Below are positions 1-13,140 of a stretch of 64,000 bases of DNA, piece by piece. Origin of the DNA: the human T2T-CHM13v2.0 reference genome, Homo sapiens; assembly GCF_009914755.1 (NCBI RefSeq), contig NC_060926.1. The stretch is one strand, 5' to 3'. The notes below the pieces were generated by a model. The model saw only the letters and a list, made by a program, of their open reading frames with translations, made no database searches and was not told the origin of the DNA. Each line of letters opens with the position of its first letter. The stretch's first letter is position 1. Made by a program: the position numbers and the translations under genes.

Positions 1-130
1 AGCCCCTACCCTCATGATGACATCTAAACCTTATTACCCCACTAAGGCCCTACCAGCCATTTCCATCATATTGGTCATTAGGGCTTCAACAAATGAATTT
101 TGGGGAGGAAGAAACATTCAGTTCATAGTA
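1..130 (-). mobile_element. MaLR LTR fragment (MLT1A-like), cut by the window edge
   Basis: 'atgaattttggggagg...aacattcagttcatagta' is the reverse complement of the MLT1A LTR start (TGCTATGGACTGAATGTTTG...). Confidence 0.75.
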
Positions 131-134
131 CCAC

Positions 135-800
135 TTGAATGACTAAAATTAAAAAGACTGACCATACCAAGTGTTATTGAGAATGTGATGCCGTTGGAAT
201 TCTAATACATTGATTGTGAAAATGCAATGCAAAATTATAACAGCCACTTTAGGAAAGAATTTGTCAACATCTTATACAGTTAAACATAAATTTACTCTAA
301 GGCCCAGCGATATCACTTCTAGGTATTTCCCTAATAGAAATGAAAGTATATTTTCTCACAGAAGCATGAACTCCAATATTTATAAGGCTTTATTAACAAC
401 AGACAAAAACTGGAGTATTTATCAATTGGTGAATAAATAATTTGTTGAATATAATGAATATTAAGTCAGCAACGAAACAACTACTGATACACATAACAAC
501 ATAGAAACATTTCAAAAGTGTTATGTTAAATAAAAACAAGCCAGAAACAAAGACTACATACCTTATGATTCTATTTTTATGAAATTCTGAGAAAGGCAAA
601 GATGGAAATCAGGTCAATTGTTTCCAAGGGCTGATGGGGGAAATAGGGAGGAATTTACTACAAGGAGCACAGGGGACATTTTGGGGTGATGGAAATATTC
701 TACATTATGATTGTGGTTTAAATTTTCAGATACATATATTTTCAAAACTTATTGAATTGTGATTTTATTTTATGTGAATTATATCAATAAACCTGATAAA
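135..800 (+). mobile_element. Old L1 (L1MC/L1ME-type) ORF2 end and 3' UTR
   Basis: Typical L1M 3' motifs: 'aaaaagactgaccataccaagtg', 'acagccacttt..gaaa', 'ggggtgatggaaatattctacattatgattgtgg', ending 'tatatcaataaa'. Confidence 0.75.
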
Positions 801-2446
801 ACTTAAATGTATTTTGCTTGTTACTGCACCCCTTCACTCCTTTCTTTATCCTCTTCAACCAAGAAAAAGAACACCTAGACTATGATCCTTTGATGCTGTG
901 ACAATTTTGAGGAATGTAAACACTTTGCAAAATGTTTCCATTTTTTTTCACTAATTCTGACTCTCTGAAAAATAGTATATGTTCCAGGAATTACATTTTT
1001 TTAGGATAAAAGCACTGACATTGCAAGTACTATTTTGTTTCTTGAGGCAACAAATGCCAAACGTTGTGGGAATTCAGACCAAAGAATTAGACAAGAGAGA
1101 ATAATATATGGTCAGTATCATCTTATGCCCCCTGTTATTACCTAAACTAGAGTGCAAAATGTTGAACTAGCAATGATCTTGATCTTTCACATCACTTTCA
1201 ATCTTTGAATAGATTAGAAAAGGTTACTAACAGTTTTTGAGTCTGTTTTCTCTCTCTCTCTCTAACAAACCACACAGTTTTTCATATATAAATTCCATTT
1301 TTACTTCTTACAATTAAGAAAGTTTGCAGTGTTTAAAAGTGAATTAACTACAATCTTATTCTAAAATTCAAATTAAAATGCTTTTGAGATGTGGATATAT
1401 TTAGTTAACTCTTTATTGCCACTTTTTTGGCAGACTATGAAAAAACAGTATTTGTACAGCATTTATAATTTTACTACAGCCAAGAAAAGTGAACAAATTT
1501 CTGACAAGAACTCCATCCTTATGCCTCAACAAAAGAGACTTAAATAAATCTCAGATCTTAATCTGAAATCTGAGATGATTAAACCAACAAAATCACATTT
1601 GGTATATTAACTCTTTCTAGCTTTCTTCTACTCTTTCCACTGTTGTTGTGTATTGTAATCATTTTCTTCACAAAATTTTCTTTTCATTTTTTAAATTATT
1701 CTTACCATGGGAAACTAAGTGTTCAGGAACAACAGAAAGGTTTGAGAGACACAGGTTATATTTCCATTCTCTTCATACCTCAGGCACTAACTTAAACAAT
1801 TCTCTATTTTACTTGTTAATTTTCTTAAATATAAAAATATTAAAAATAGCCATAGCAGCTAATGTTCACATGGTAAGGACACGCCTTTTAAACATGATAA
1901 TCATCAACAGTGTATTTAAAAATACAACAATATTCTCTAAATTTGGGTGCATGTAAGAGCATTTAGGCAATTTTTTATGTATGTTTTCAATTTCTTTGTT
2001 TTCTTGGCATACCTTATTTTTACAATAAACCAATCAATATTATCTGTTGTTTTAGAAGAAAAGAGGGCAAAATCCTCTCTTCTGACTGCTGACATTTTTT
2101 ATTTGTGCATATCAACATCGTTTTTGGAAACTCTACAAGTATCTCCAAAGTATTTTAATTTATTTAATTTAAAAGTAAAAATAAGTAAACTTTAGGAAAG
2201 TAATAAGTAGAAACCAAAATACTGGGAGTTACTATATCTTCTCAGATGCATATAATTCTGTGTTGTAATTTCCAATATGCTTTTGAAATGAAAATATACC
2301 AAAAATTTAAAGAAAAAGCAAAAATCTAGGAGAAAGTTTGTAGTTTATTTTCTTAAAAACTGGCAACTTTAAGCCTGTTTTTCTTTTTTTTTTCTGTGCT
2401 CATGAGAAAAGAAATTCCATATTTTCTGGAACTGTTTTAAGATCAT

Positions 2447-2506
2447 TTAGTAATAAGCTGCAAACACTTTTAGCTGTTAGTAATAAGCTGCAAACACTTT
2501 TAGCTG
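2447..2506. repeat. Perfect 30-bp tandem duplication
   Basis: ttagtaataagctgcaaacacttttagctg occurs at 2447-2476 and 2477-2506. Confidence 0.95.
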
Positions 2507-3679
2507 GTGGAAAAGTTGGTCTCATAGTGCAAACAATACTTCTTGGTTTCAGAAGAGGGGGAGCTAAAGGCCAAAGGGTAAATTCCACTTGTAACAGGCT
2601 GCATATTTTTGTGGGCAGAATCAATGCCAGAATGGTCAACAGCCTTTACACCACCAAGCTGGCTTGTTGCTAATGGGATCCACTTCCTTTAGATATGATA
2701 GAAAACTCATGTTGAAAAACTAAATGTATTGATAAGTTGTGGCAAATTGACCCCTGCCTTATTTTCTTAAATTTATGATTTATGTATTTTCCTCTTGAAG
2801 ATCTGCTTTGTGAGGTTTTGTCTTTGTTTTATTCAGAGTGTAGGAAGAGAAGGAGGGTGTGATGAAGAAAAAGCCTGTGAAAGAGTTTGTTTATAACATT
2901 TGTTCTTATTGTTTAGAAGAATTTTTAAACCATTATGGAAAAGGCCAAAAATAAGGAGAAGGGATAATTATGAAGACAATATTTTTAAGAGTCTTTTTGA
3001 GAATAGGGGTAAAAAAAAAAAAGCCAGTTATAAAGCATGTCTCCCCAAATCCAAGTTTCCTGTCTAATTAGGTTCTGGCAGAAGTTACATTCTAAAGCAC
3101 TCTTCAAAACATTTGGGAATTTTAAAAATTCTCTCTACAGGGGACTATATTGGCAAGCACAGGCCCAACAGTGAAGAAAATGAGGGAATCAATAAGACAG
3201 CCCAAGTCCAAAGAGTATGCATTCTTGTACTGTACCTGCCCAAGGGAAACGTATTATGCATATTAATTTAAAGAAATAAAACTTTAAGAGAAAGCTTATA
3301 TTGTACCAAGTGTGGTAATATATATCTTGTTTTGATTCATAGAAATTTTCATACCAATTTTTAATTATTCTACTCAATAGATATTGATGACATTACCTGT
3401 GAAGATATAATATTTAGGGGTAGTAATTAAATGCATGCCTTTACTGTGAAACTGTGAACTCAAAGGACATTGGTGGAGATTATTTATGTTCTTTTATTTC
3501 TGCATGATTCCAGGCAATAACTGTTACAAATGAAAAAAAAAAAGTTTTTAAAAACTTGCCAATATTTAATAATACCTTGGAAACACAAACCCACCACCCA
3601 CAAATGTTCATCTAAACTTTGGCTTGGAAGTCATTAGCTACCCATCAGAAATATTGAGCATTCCTAGTGGAAATTTTAT

Positions 3680-3790
3680 GAGTTAAGATAATTTGGGTTC
3701 AAGTGCCATCCTTGTTACTATTTTGGTTTCATGAATAAGAACTTTGTAACTCTGGAGTTTAGCTTTCCCATCAGTAAAATAAAGTCTTTC
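3680..3790 (+). mobile_element. MIR SINE fragment
   Basis: 'tgggttcaagtgcc...tttcccatcagtaaaat' resembles the MIR core. Confidence 0.5.
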
Positions 3791-4157
3791 TGATTTGCAA
3801 GGTCTTCTCAAATTGTAGGAATAAGTAACTAGTAAGCACCAGTTGTAGGCCACCACTAATTTTCGTTATCTATTCTACATGAATTCTTCTCAGTTCCATT
3901 TAATTACAGTTAATCTGAGTAGCAAAATTAACATTCAAGGATTAAAGAACAATAAAAACTAATTTTTACTTCGTTCCATCTTTTAGATAACACTTTTTTA
4001 AAAATCCAGAAGCATTAAAGTCACAGAATGTTGAGAAATTTCAGGCAACTTAGCTGGTCCAAGAGGGAAAGTCATGTTGGCAATTCATTATTTTGCTTCT
4101 AAAATCTGTCTACACTACTCCCCTTTCCCACCCAGGTTTTTGTATCTTATATGATCA

Positions 4158-4519
4158 TGTCTTAGCTCAGGCTGCCATTTTAAAAATACTATAGACTGCG
4201 TAGTTTAAATAACAGAAATTCATTTTCTCATAGTTTTGAGGGCTAGAAATGCACGATCAAGGTTCCTGTAAATTAGGTTTCTGGTGAGAACTCTTTCTGG
4301 CTTGCAAACTTCCACCTTCTCACTGTATCCTCACATGGCAAGAGAGAGAGAGTTCTTCTGTCTCTTCTTATAAACACATGAATCCTATCAGATCAGGACC
4401 TCATTCTTATGACCTCATTTAACCTTAATTACCTCAAAGACCCTATCTCCAAATACAATTGGAGATTGAGGTTTCAGCATATAAATTTTTGGGGGGACAC
4501 AAACATTCTGTCCATAACA
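4158..4519 (-). mobile_element. MaLR solo LTR (MLT1A0-like)
   Basis: Runs from 'tgtcttagctcaggctgcc' to 'ggggacacaaacattctgtccataaca'; about 360 bp with TG...CA termini. Confidence 0.85.
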
Positions 4520-4731
4520 GATTAACAACTACTCTCTCAACCAGGTTAGAAACTGTCTGACTCCTTCCTTGCCTTACTAGTAGTTAAGTCCAACTCGATT
4601 CCTCCTTCCAATGCGTTTTCAATTCTACTTTTTCTTCCCTCCTTTTCAATGCTTCTCATTTCTTGGATTTTTCCAAACAGATACAGTGAACTTCATAAAA
4701 CAATAATGAATTTCTAGTGACCCAGGTAGTG

Positions 4732-4737
<6 letters not shown>

Positions 4738-4789
<52 letters not shown>
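4738..4789. repeat. (TG)26 microsatellite
   Basis: Uninterrupted TG run. Confidence 0.98.
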
Positions 4790-4790
<1 letters not shown>

Positions 4791-5087
4791 TGGATAAGGA
4801 GGTGTGGCTGGGGAGTGGGGGTAGTAATTAGTCAAATTAAAATCACAAGAAAAGCTTTTGTAAAACATATTTTTTCCAAGAAGTTCTCTTGTCTACCTAT
4901 AAGCTTTCATTTATTTAAAAAAAAAATAGTACTGGTAATCAACCCGCATTCTCCTCTTTTGCCCAACTGCAGTGTCACCCCATGTTCTAAATTACTGAAG
5001 TTCAGAATAAGTTTCACAGTCTTTATTCTGATATTTATTCCAGAAAGTAACCATGATGTACCCTTTTAGGCTAAGTATGCTTTACAA

Positions 5088-5576
5088 CAGGGGTCCCTAA
5101 CCAGTACCAGTTCATGGCCTGTTAGGAAGCAGGGCACACAGCAGTAGGTGAGCAGTGGGCGAGCAAGTGAAGTTTCATCTGTATTTATAGTCACTCCCTA
5201 TAACTCGCATTACCACCTGAGCTCCACCTCCTGTCAGATCAGTAGTGGGATCAGATTGTGAACTGCTCATGTGAGGGATCTAGGTTGCATGCTTCTTATG
5301 AGAATCTAATGCCTGGTGATCTGTTACTGTCTGCCATCACTCACAGATGGGATCGTCTAGTTGCAGGAAAACAAACTCAGGGATCCCACCAATTCTACAT
5401 TATGGTTAGTTGTATAATTATTTCATTATATACTACAATGTAATACTAATAGAAATAAAGTGCACAATAAATGTAATGCACTTGAATCATCCTGAAACCA
5501 TCCCCCCTCCCTGGTCCATGGAAAAATTGTCTTCCACAAAAATGGTCCCTGGTGCCAAAAAGCTTGGGGACAGCTG
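5088..5576 (+). mobile_element. MER1A hAT-Charlie DNA transposon
   Basis: Starts 'caggggtccctaacc', ends 'ggtgccaaaaagcttggggacagctg'; 8-bp TSD ctttacaa/cattacaa. Confidence 0.9.
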
Positions 5577-5651
5577 CATTACAACAAACATGTACACACA
5601 CTCTACTTAACTACTCTAAACTAGTCACAAATACTAAACGTCATCCTAAAT

Positions 5652-6000
5652 CAGTGATTCTTAAACTTTTTGGTATCAGGACTGCTTTATACTTTTAACT
5701 AGCATTAAAGAATCCAAAGAATTTTTGTTTGTATGGATTATGCCTATTAATGGATACCATATTGGAAATTAAACCCATAAACTTCTTAAAACACAAGTCT
5801 ATACAGCATACATTCTGTTAGTGTTCAGAGTGATTATGTAATTGTAAGTCAAATAGCTTCTGGAAAACTGCATGACACTCAAGAGAGAATGAAAGTAAGA
5901 AAGCAACTAACATCCTGGAATCATTCATTATAAAAGTTTGAACTTTTGTCTCAAAGAACTCCATGAGTCCCATAAACTATATGTTGTGCATCTGTACTGT
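5652..6000 (+). mobile_element. Old hAT-Charlie-type MER, family uncertain
   Basis: Charlie-type terminus 'cagtgattcttaaactttttggtatcaggac'. Confidence 0.55.
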
Positions 6001-6304
6001 AGACTCTTCATAATTACTAAGTATCAGTCTTGAAATTTTTGATCCTAAAATCACTTCATCCCCAATTGTATTTTTTTCTAGAGGCCTAGTTCTCATGTCA
6101 AGTTCTCTATGAAGCATTTGTTGACCTAGTTATTACATAATGATGGAGGTGATGACAAAAAAATCAATAAAATCTATATTAAAGTAACTAGATTAAACAA
6201 AATATTTTATAATAAAGTAAGTGATAATATATTTATACTAAAATTATATTAAGATAATATTTTATGTAAAGTGGAAACACTTGCTAATGGGTTATAAAAG
6301 AAAT

Positions 6305-7595
6305 AGAGAAGAGTTATCAGCAAGGTGGTAGAATATGAGGCAAGCTTCTCATACCATCCCCAACAAAAATAAGAATTCTGCACCTATCCACAAAGTCTCG
6401 CTGTGAGATCCTCGAAATTTAGGTAGGAGATTATGAAATCCTGGTGAAGTACAAACCTAGAAAGAGTGTTTTGAGAGTGCAGACCAGCATCCAAGTTGCA
6501 GACCCTCTGATTGTGTTCCCAGATTCAAACCTGGCAACAGTGTAATTCCCCAAAGGGCATGGCTACAATGCCATTCAGACTTGAACCTGCAACCAAAACC
6601 ATTTATCAAGGGACCTGGAAGGAATCATGCACACTAGTCTCTCAGCATAAAGGCTCACCTGCCCACTAACATTGATCTTGGGAGTGGATCTGAAAGTTAC
6701 CCTGTAAATCACCTCTAGCCACCCTCACCTCTCAGCTTATTACAGCTCACACAATAACCCCGAGGGAAACTAACTTACATCTCAGAGCCTGGGAATTTGC
6801 CTGAACCTTTGTAATGGGCCCATTGTCCTACAGCAGTTCCTGAGGGGGCCCAGCTCAGTTCTGGGCCTTCTTGCTACAACTGGGGAACTCCTCTGTTAGT
6901 GCAGGAAACCGCTGGGAAGCACACATGTCTGGGCCACTGAGATGGGCTCACCAGCATCTTTTCACATCAGATTCAGAGGAAGTCCAGAGTCAGTTCCAGC
7001 ACCCTTGCAGCAGTCATGGCATTGTCCCACCTATACAGGAATCTTCTGGGAGACACACATCCATCTTGGCCACCAGGAATGACTTCTAGACTTAAGTTTC
7101 TGGTGAGCTTTTCCATATAGCCTGGGTAACCCCCTTAGGTTTTCCCCAGATCCATATGGACAGAGGTGCCAAGCCAATCTTGGAGCCCTCACTGTGAACC
7201 AGGGATTAGGGCAATTGCTAGTGCTGAAATGGTTGCCGTGATCACAGTCTCTGACAACAGTCTGCTTAGACGACTGGATAGGCCCACTGAAGAAAGACAG
7301 GCACACACAAAGCCAGAATTAAAAGACTGGAGTGAATACCTAACTTGTTAATGTGCAGACATTAGCATATGTCCACAAGCATCAAGAACAATTAGGGAAT
7401 TATGACCTCACCTTATAGACAAAACAAGTCACCAGTGATGGATTCTAAAGAGATGAAGATGTGTGATCTGTTAGAAAAGAAATTGGAAATAGCTTGGTTA
7501 AAAATGCTCAGTGAACATCAAGAAAACACAAAGAAACAATTCAGAAATTTATCAGAGAAATTTTAAAGAAATATTAAAATAATTTTTTTAAAAAA
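6305..7595 (+). mobile_element. L1 5' UTR plus start of ORF1 (L1PB/L1MA-type 5' end); 3' part absent
   Basis: Start-like 'agcaaggtggtagaata'; degenerate ORF1 'atgacctcacc...gagatgaagatgtgtgatctg...cagtgaacatcaagaaaacaca...ttcagaaatttatcagagaaattt'. Confidence 0.7.
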
Positions 7596-7829
7596 TAATA
7601 TAATTATCATGTTACATAATATAATAATCCACCTTGCTCAGGAGGCATGAAAGATTTGAAGTGAGGAGAGAAGGTGGCAATAGTCATCTAGAAGGGTGAG
7701 TGAGTGAAAGGGTTATCGAAATGTAGAATTCTTGGGTGGAACTAAAGGTCTCCTAGGATATAGTAGTCATAGAATTGAAAGTGAAAATAGTGTGATAACA
7801 AGAACTGGCAGAGATCTTAACTTGAGATC

Positions 7830-8210
7830 TGTATTAGTCTGTTCTCACACTGCTACCAAGAATGACCTGAGACTGGGTAATTTATGGAGAAAAGAGGTTT
7901 AATAGACTCAAAGTTTCACATGGCTGGGGAGGCCTCAGAAAACTTACAATCATGACAGAAGGCAAAGGGGAAGCAAGGCATGTCTTCACATGGCTGAAGA
8001 AGGAGGAAGAGAGCAAAGGGGGAAGTGCTGCACACTTTTAAATAAACAGATCTTGTGAGAACTCACTCACTATCATGAGAACAGCAAGGGAAAAATCCCC
8101 CCCCATGATCCAATCACCTCCCACCAGATCCCTCCCCCAACACTCGGAACTACAATTCAACATTAGACTTGAGTGAGACTTGAGTGGGAACACAAACCTA
8201 AACCGTATTA
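7830..8210 (-). mobile_element. MST-family MaLR solo LTR (MSTA-like)
   Basis: 'tgtattagtctgttctcacactgct...gagaactcactcactatcatgagaacagcaaggg...ccaatcacctcccacca'. Confidence 0.9.
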
Positions 8211-8989
8211 GGATTTATCCCCAAGGGATCTGTGGCTGAAAAATATTTCAATATAACTGATTTTGTAAATACTCCTTTGTAGTATGATCATATGTATTCG
8301 TGTATATTTGTGTGCATTTAAAAACATTTTACTGAAACGGGTACAAAGAATTTACCAGACTGACAAAGCAGTTCATGCCACAGATAAAGGTAAAAATTTT
8401 TGGACTTTAGGGAGTATCTATAAAAGTCACAACTGGAGGTCAGATGAAGGACAAAAACATTGGGGAAAAATCCACTACTTGATGTTTGCTGATAGAGGCA
8501 AGCCATTCTGTGAAGGGACTTTCTTACTCTGAACAAGAATCAATCAATATATGTTGAATAAATGAGTATACTCACCCAATAACCTGGGCCATCCACTTTC
8601 AGAGGTAGATCCTGAAATACATTTTGATTTTCATTTCTACAAATATTGGTCTTTACAAGCTTTTTAAATCTTACTTCTTGAGTGAATTTTTAATTTGATA
8701 TTCATCTGTCCATATGCTACATTATCTAGTTCATCCAGACTATGAAATCCATGGCTTGTAAAATTGGGTATTTTTTCCCATAATTATTTCAAACTCTACC
8801 TCATTTCTGAAATTTTACCCCTTTCTATTCTTAATGTTTACTTTTGCATTTTATTTATTTTTCTGTGCTATCAGACTTGCTATGGGTTTGGTTTCTTTAC
8901 TTGATCCTTTCAAAGAACAATCTTTAGAGTGTAATGATGCAATCTAGGCTTTTTGGTGTGTTTTGTGTTTGGTTTGTTTTGTTTTGTCC

Positions 8990-9205
8990 TGCCTTGTCAA
9001 TCCTGGGTTTTAATCAATGCCAACTTCATCAGTGTGCTAGCAGGGTGATCTTAGGCAACTTACTTAAGCTTCTTGTGCATCAGTTCCTTATCTATAACGT
9101 AGGGATAATATTTTCCTACCTCATACAGTTGTTTTGAAGTCTCAATGAATTTATGATTAGAGTTAGAAGTGTGGCCAGCTCATAGTATGCTGTCAAGAAA
9201 TATTT
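8990..9205 (+). mobile_element. MIR SINE
   Basis: 'gtgatcttaggcaacttacttaagcttcttgtgcatcagttccttatctataa...cctacctcatacagttgtt'. Confidence 0.75.
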
Positions 9206-10589
9206 TGTTTACGATCACTATTTTCTGTTTTCTCATATATAAAACACACAAGACATTTTCTACTTTTCTTGTTTTCTAATAAATAAATGATGGCTATACA
9301 TTGCATTTTCTAACTTTGTCTTTAATTCACAAGTGTTGATATATATAAATACTCTGTCATTCATTTCAAAATTTCTTGTCATCACAGTTGTATTTTTCTC
9401 TTTATATGCAAGACTTAGAAAGGCTTTAAAATGTTCCACTAGATGGATTATTAGGATCATGGGACATTCTTTTGTGGTTCACTTCAAATTTTACCATCAA
9501 ATAAATATCTTCTCTTATTTTGGTGTATTAGAATTTTCTAGAGATTTTCTTGTAAGTTGTTCATGGTTTTTATTCAACAATTTCTATGAATGATTCATTG
9601 AAATTAGAGGATAATTACTTTCTCTATTTAGTGCAAAACTATATTTGTGTATGCATACATATTTATGTGTGTATGTATATTATAAACAATTCTGCTAAAT
9701 CTCTTTCATTGTTATTTACTTTTGTTGTTGCCTATTTCTGTGAAAACTAGGAATAATCTGCCAATTGCTGAATGTCCATGTCTTCTTTTATTTACATCAT
9801 AAATTGCTTTATATCTCGATGCTGTCATGTTGTTGATTGAATAAAGGCACATAATTCTACATCTTCTTGGTAGAGGTATGCAATTTGCCTCAGTAGCATT
9901 TAATGCTTTTTGGTTTATTTTTGTCAGAAATTAGTTTATATTGTGTAGATAATAGCCTATGAACATGTTTCCTTCTTCCATTTTCAATTTTCTGCATAAT
10001 TTTGTTTTCTGGAGGATTCTTACAGATACCATGATTTCTAAAAAGATTTAAAAAAACAAGTAAGCAGTCTCTGTGTTTAAAAGGATTGTTTAATCCATGT
10101 TTAATATTGATCACGATTTACTGGTCTATGTGAGACTATTCCTGCTATATATTTTTTAGCTGTTCTGCTTGATATTCTTTTCTATTGTTGTATTTTCTTC
10201 CCTTTCCTGCCATTTGGAAAATTATTCAAGTTTTCTTCCTCTATTTTTCCTTTATTTATCTGGGGTTTTGGAATTTATACATCTATTTCTATCCTCCTGC
10301 TAAATTGTTAAACAATGTATTTAAACTTAAGATATTTCCAAGAGTTAATCTATATCATATTGTTCTCTTTGATTAGACAAATATAAATAAATAATCAGGC
10401 TTTCCATATCCTTTCTCCCCAGCTCTCATATTTTTGGTCGCACAAGAGCAAGTTTTTTTTACATTTCAGACTCATTCTTTTGACTTTCACCATCTTTGAG
10501 CTTTAACTTGGATAGGGCATTTAGTATTTGTGCTTCAATTCTCTGTGCAATAGAATTTACAATTAAATAGAGGCATACTGTGTACCATC

Positions 10590-11960
10590 AGCATTATAAT
10601 TAACATAGAATAAAGCTATACAAATTCTTAGTGTGAATTTGTTGAAGAAATATACACATAAATCAGTGAAATAGAATAAAGAGTCCAGGGAGATAAATGC
10701 CTATGTCAGCACTTAAAAATTTGAATCATTTAGAAAAAATTGACTATTTTATAAACGGCCATATAATAATTGACTATTTGGAAAATATGAAGTTCAATTC
10801 CATATATGCATGCAACATACCTAAAAGTATATTTCAGAGAGGTATAAAGACAAATGTAAAAAATTTAAAGATACAACACATTAGAGAAAAAATTGAAATA
10901 TTTTAATAGTCTTGAAATTAAAAAGCCTTTTTAAATAAATTGCAATCTGAAATCCATAAAGAAAACATTTGACAGATTTGGCTAATTTTTATACTTTGGT
11001 ATTTTCAAAGATCTTATGGCCAAAGATAAAAAACAAGGCACAAACTAGAAAAAATATTTTCAACATATGTAATAGTAAAAATTTTTATAATCAAAATATA
11101 TATCTACCTCCTACAAAGCAAAAAGAATAAACAATGTAACAGAAAATGAGAAAAGAATAAGAGAAAGCAACTCAGAGAAGAAATATGATTAGCCAATAAA
11201 TACACAGAAATGTCATCAACCTCACTAAGATCAGACAAAGATAATCTAAAAATAAGATTTCAATGTTTTGTTTTGTTTTGTTTTCTTTGAGGCAGGTTCT
11301 AGGTCTGTCACCCAGGCTGGAGTTCAGTGGTGCGTTCTCAGCTGACTGCAGCCTCTGCCTCTCAGGTTCAAGCGATTCTTGTGTCCCAGCCTCCCGAGTA
11401 GCTGGAACTACAGACATGCCACCACACCTGGCTAATTTTTGTATTTTTAGTAGAGAAGGGGTTTCACCATGTTGGTCAGGTTAGTCCTGAACTTCTGACT
11501 TCAAGAAATCTGCCCTCCTCGGCCTCCCAAAGTGCTGGGATTACAGGTGTGAGTCACCATGCCCAGCCAGATACCAATGTTTTGTCAAAAAAAGGAGAAA
11601 TAATTCTTTTAAAAAATATTAATATCTAGTTTGGGTAAAGGTGGAAAAAATGAGCAAATTTCTATATTTTTGGTTAAGCCTTTTCAGAGAGAATTTTTTT
11701 AAATGACAAAGTTATTCCACATCTAGAAATGTATTTTAGAGAAATGCAAGCACATGTGAGCAAAAAAGACTATGCAAAAGTATTCATTACAGCAATGATT
11801 ACTTACCTAAGAAAAAAAAAATTTAAGTCATCTTGATGTCTCTCACTAGAGAATGATTAAATAAATTATGATTCATTCATACAATATCTTACAACTGTTT
11901 TAGAAGTATAAGGTAGAACAAAATATACTGACATGTAATGATTTCTATAACATTGGGGGC
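10590..11960 (+). mobile_element. Ancient L1ME ORF2/3' remnant, split by an Alu
   Basis: A-rich degenerate L1 motifs ('aaatcagtgaaatagaataaagagtccag', 'ataaattatgattcattcatacaat'). Confidence 0.6.
11271..11568 (-). mobile_element. Alu (S-type)
   Basis: Full dimer in reverse; TSD agatttcaatgttttg (11255-11270) / agataccaatgttttg (11569-11584). Confidence 0.95.
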
Positions 11961-12104
11961 ACAAAGTTATCTGCATATATACAAATATATATTTATATTC
12001 CTTTTGTGTAAGATAGTGACAGAGAAAGAGAGAGACACATAAAAAAAAGACAGAGAAGTGAGGGGCAAAAGGAGGAAAGAAGAGGAAAATGAAACATAGT
12101 CATG

Positions 12105-13040
12105 TATTCATACAGGAAATATTTATTGAACATCTGGATATACCAGTCTTTGTTCCATGATCAAGACAGACAGGGTCACTGCTCTTAAAGAGCTCTTCTT
12201 CTAGAAGCTGACAATGAAATGTAAGCAAGAACATGAACAAATAAATAACTATGTAAGGAAGTCATCCACACAGTAATTATTCACACATTAAGAAGTATTA
12301 TAAAGAAAATAATATGGAGGATGCCATAGAGAATAAAGAATGGCTGTGGCAAATAATAGATCAGTCCTCAGAGAAGCCTCATTTGAACTGAAACCTGAAT
12401 GATGGGAAGGAGCTAACCAGAGAAGGGAAAAGAGAGTTTCCGGCACAGAGCATGGCATCTGCAGTCTCTGAAGCAGAAATGAGTTTAGAGTGCTTAATTT
12501 AGGAAAAAAGAGACAACCAATATGACTGGTGAATATCAGTACAGACAGAATTGTGAGAGCCAAGGCCAGAGAGGTAGGCAAGGACCAGGTCACATGGGGT
12601 CTTGAGGGTCATAGCAAAAGGTCTGGATTTTATTCATAGTGAATGATTATTGGAGGGTTTCCATCAAGTAACAAAACTTGATTTGTGTTTATATGTATTC
12701 ACTTTCACCACTACATATAGAATGAATTGCAGGGGCAACAGTTGAACAGAGGGACCATTTAAGAATGTGTTACAGTGGCATAGATGACAGAGTATGATGG
12801 TGTGCATTGTCAGTAAAAATGGAGAAAGTTAAATGAGTTTAGCATACACTGAGGAGGGAAAGCAGCAGGGCCTACTAACGTGGAGAACATGAGAAAGAAA
12901 TCAAAGAAGACTCCAAGGTTTTGGAATTCAGGAATTAGGGTAGATGGTGTAACAACTTATTAAACAGAAAGACAAGGGGAGGAGCAGATGTTGAACTTGC
13001 AGGAATCAAAAACTCAGTTTTGGTCATCATAGGCTTGAGT
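12105..13040 (-). mobile_element. L2 LINE 3' part
   Basis: 'aaatatttattgaacatct...aagacagacagggtcactgctctt...gaactgaaacctgaatgatg...aggtaggcaaggaccaggtcac'. Confidence 0.85.
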
Positions 13041-13044
13041 TACT

Positions 13045-13140
13045 ATTAATAATAAAGCTAACTCTACTGTAATACTGTGTATGTTTTAAGCACTTGTTAT
13101 ATATTACCTCACTTAATCTTTATAAAGCCCTATGGCATAA
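13045..13140 (-). mobile_element. MIR fragment
   Basis: 'gttttaagcacttgttatatattacctcacttaatctttataaagccctatg'. Confidence 0.6.

Noticed and set aside
1548-1576. 9-bp inverted repeat atctcagat / atctgagat
   Set aside because: A stem this short is expected by chance in AT-rich DNA.
2549-2567. CTCF-like 'cagaagagggggagcta'
   Set aside because: The 3' half fits, but the CCAS 5' core is missing; not supportable without ChIP data.
8165-8186. 11-bp tandem duplication agacttgagtg in the MST LTR
   Set aside because: Ordinary slippage event with no sign of function.
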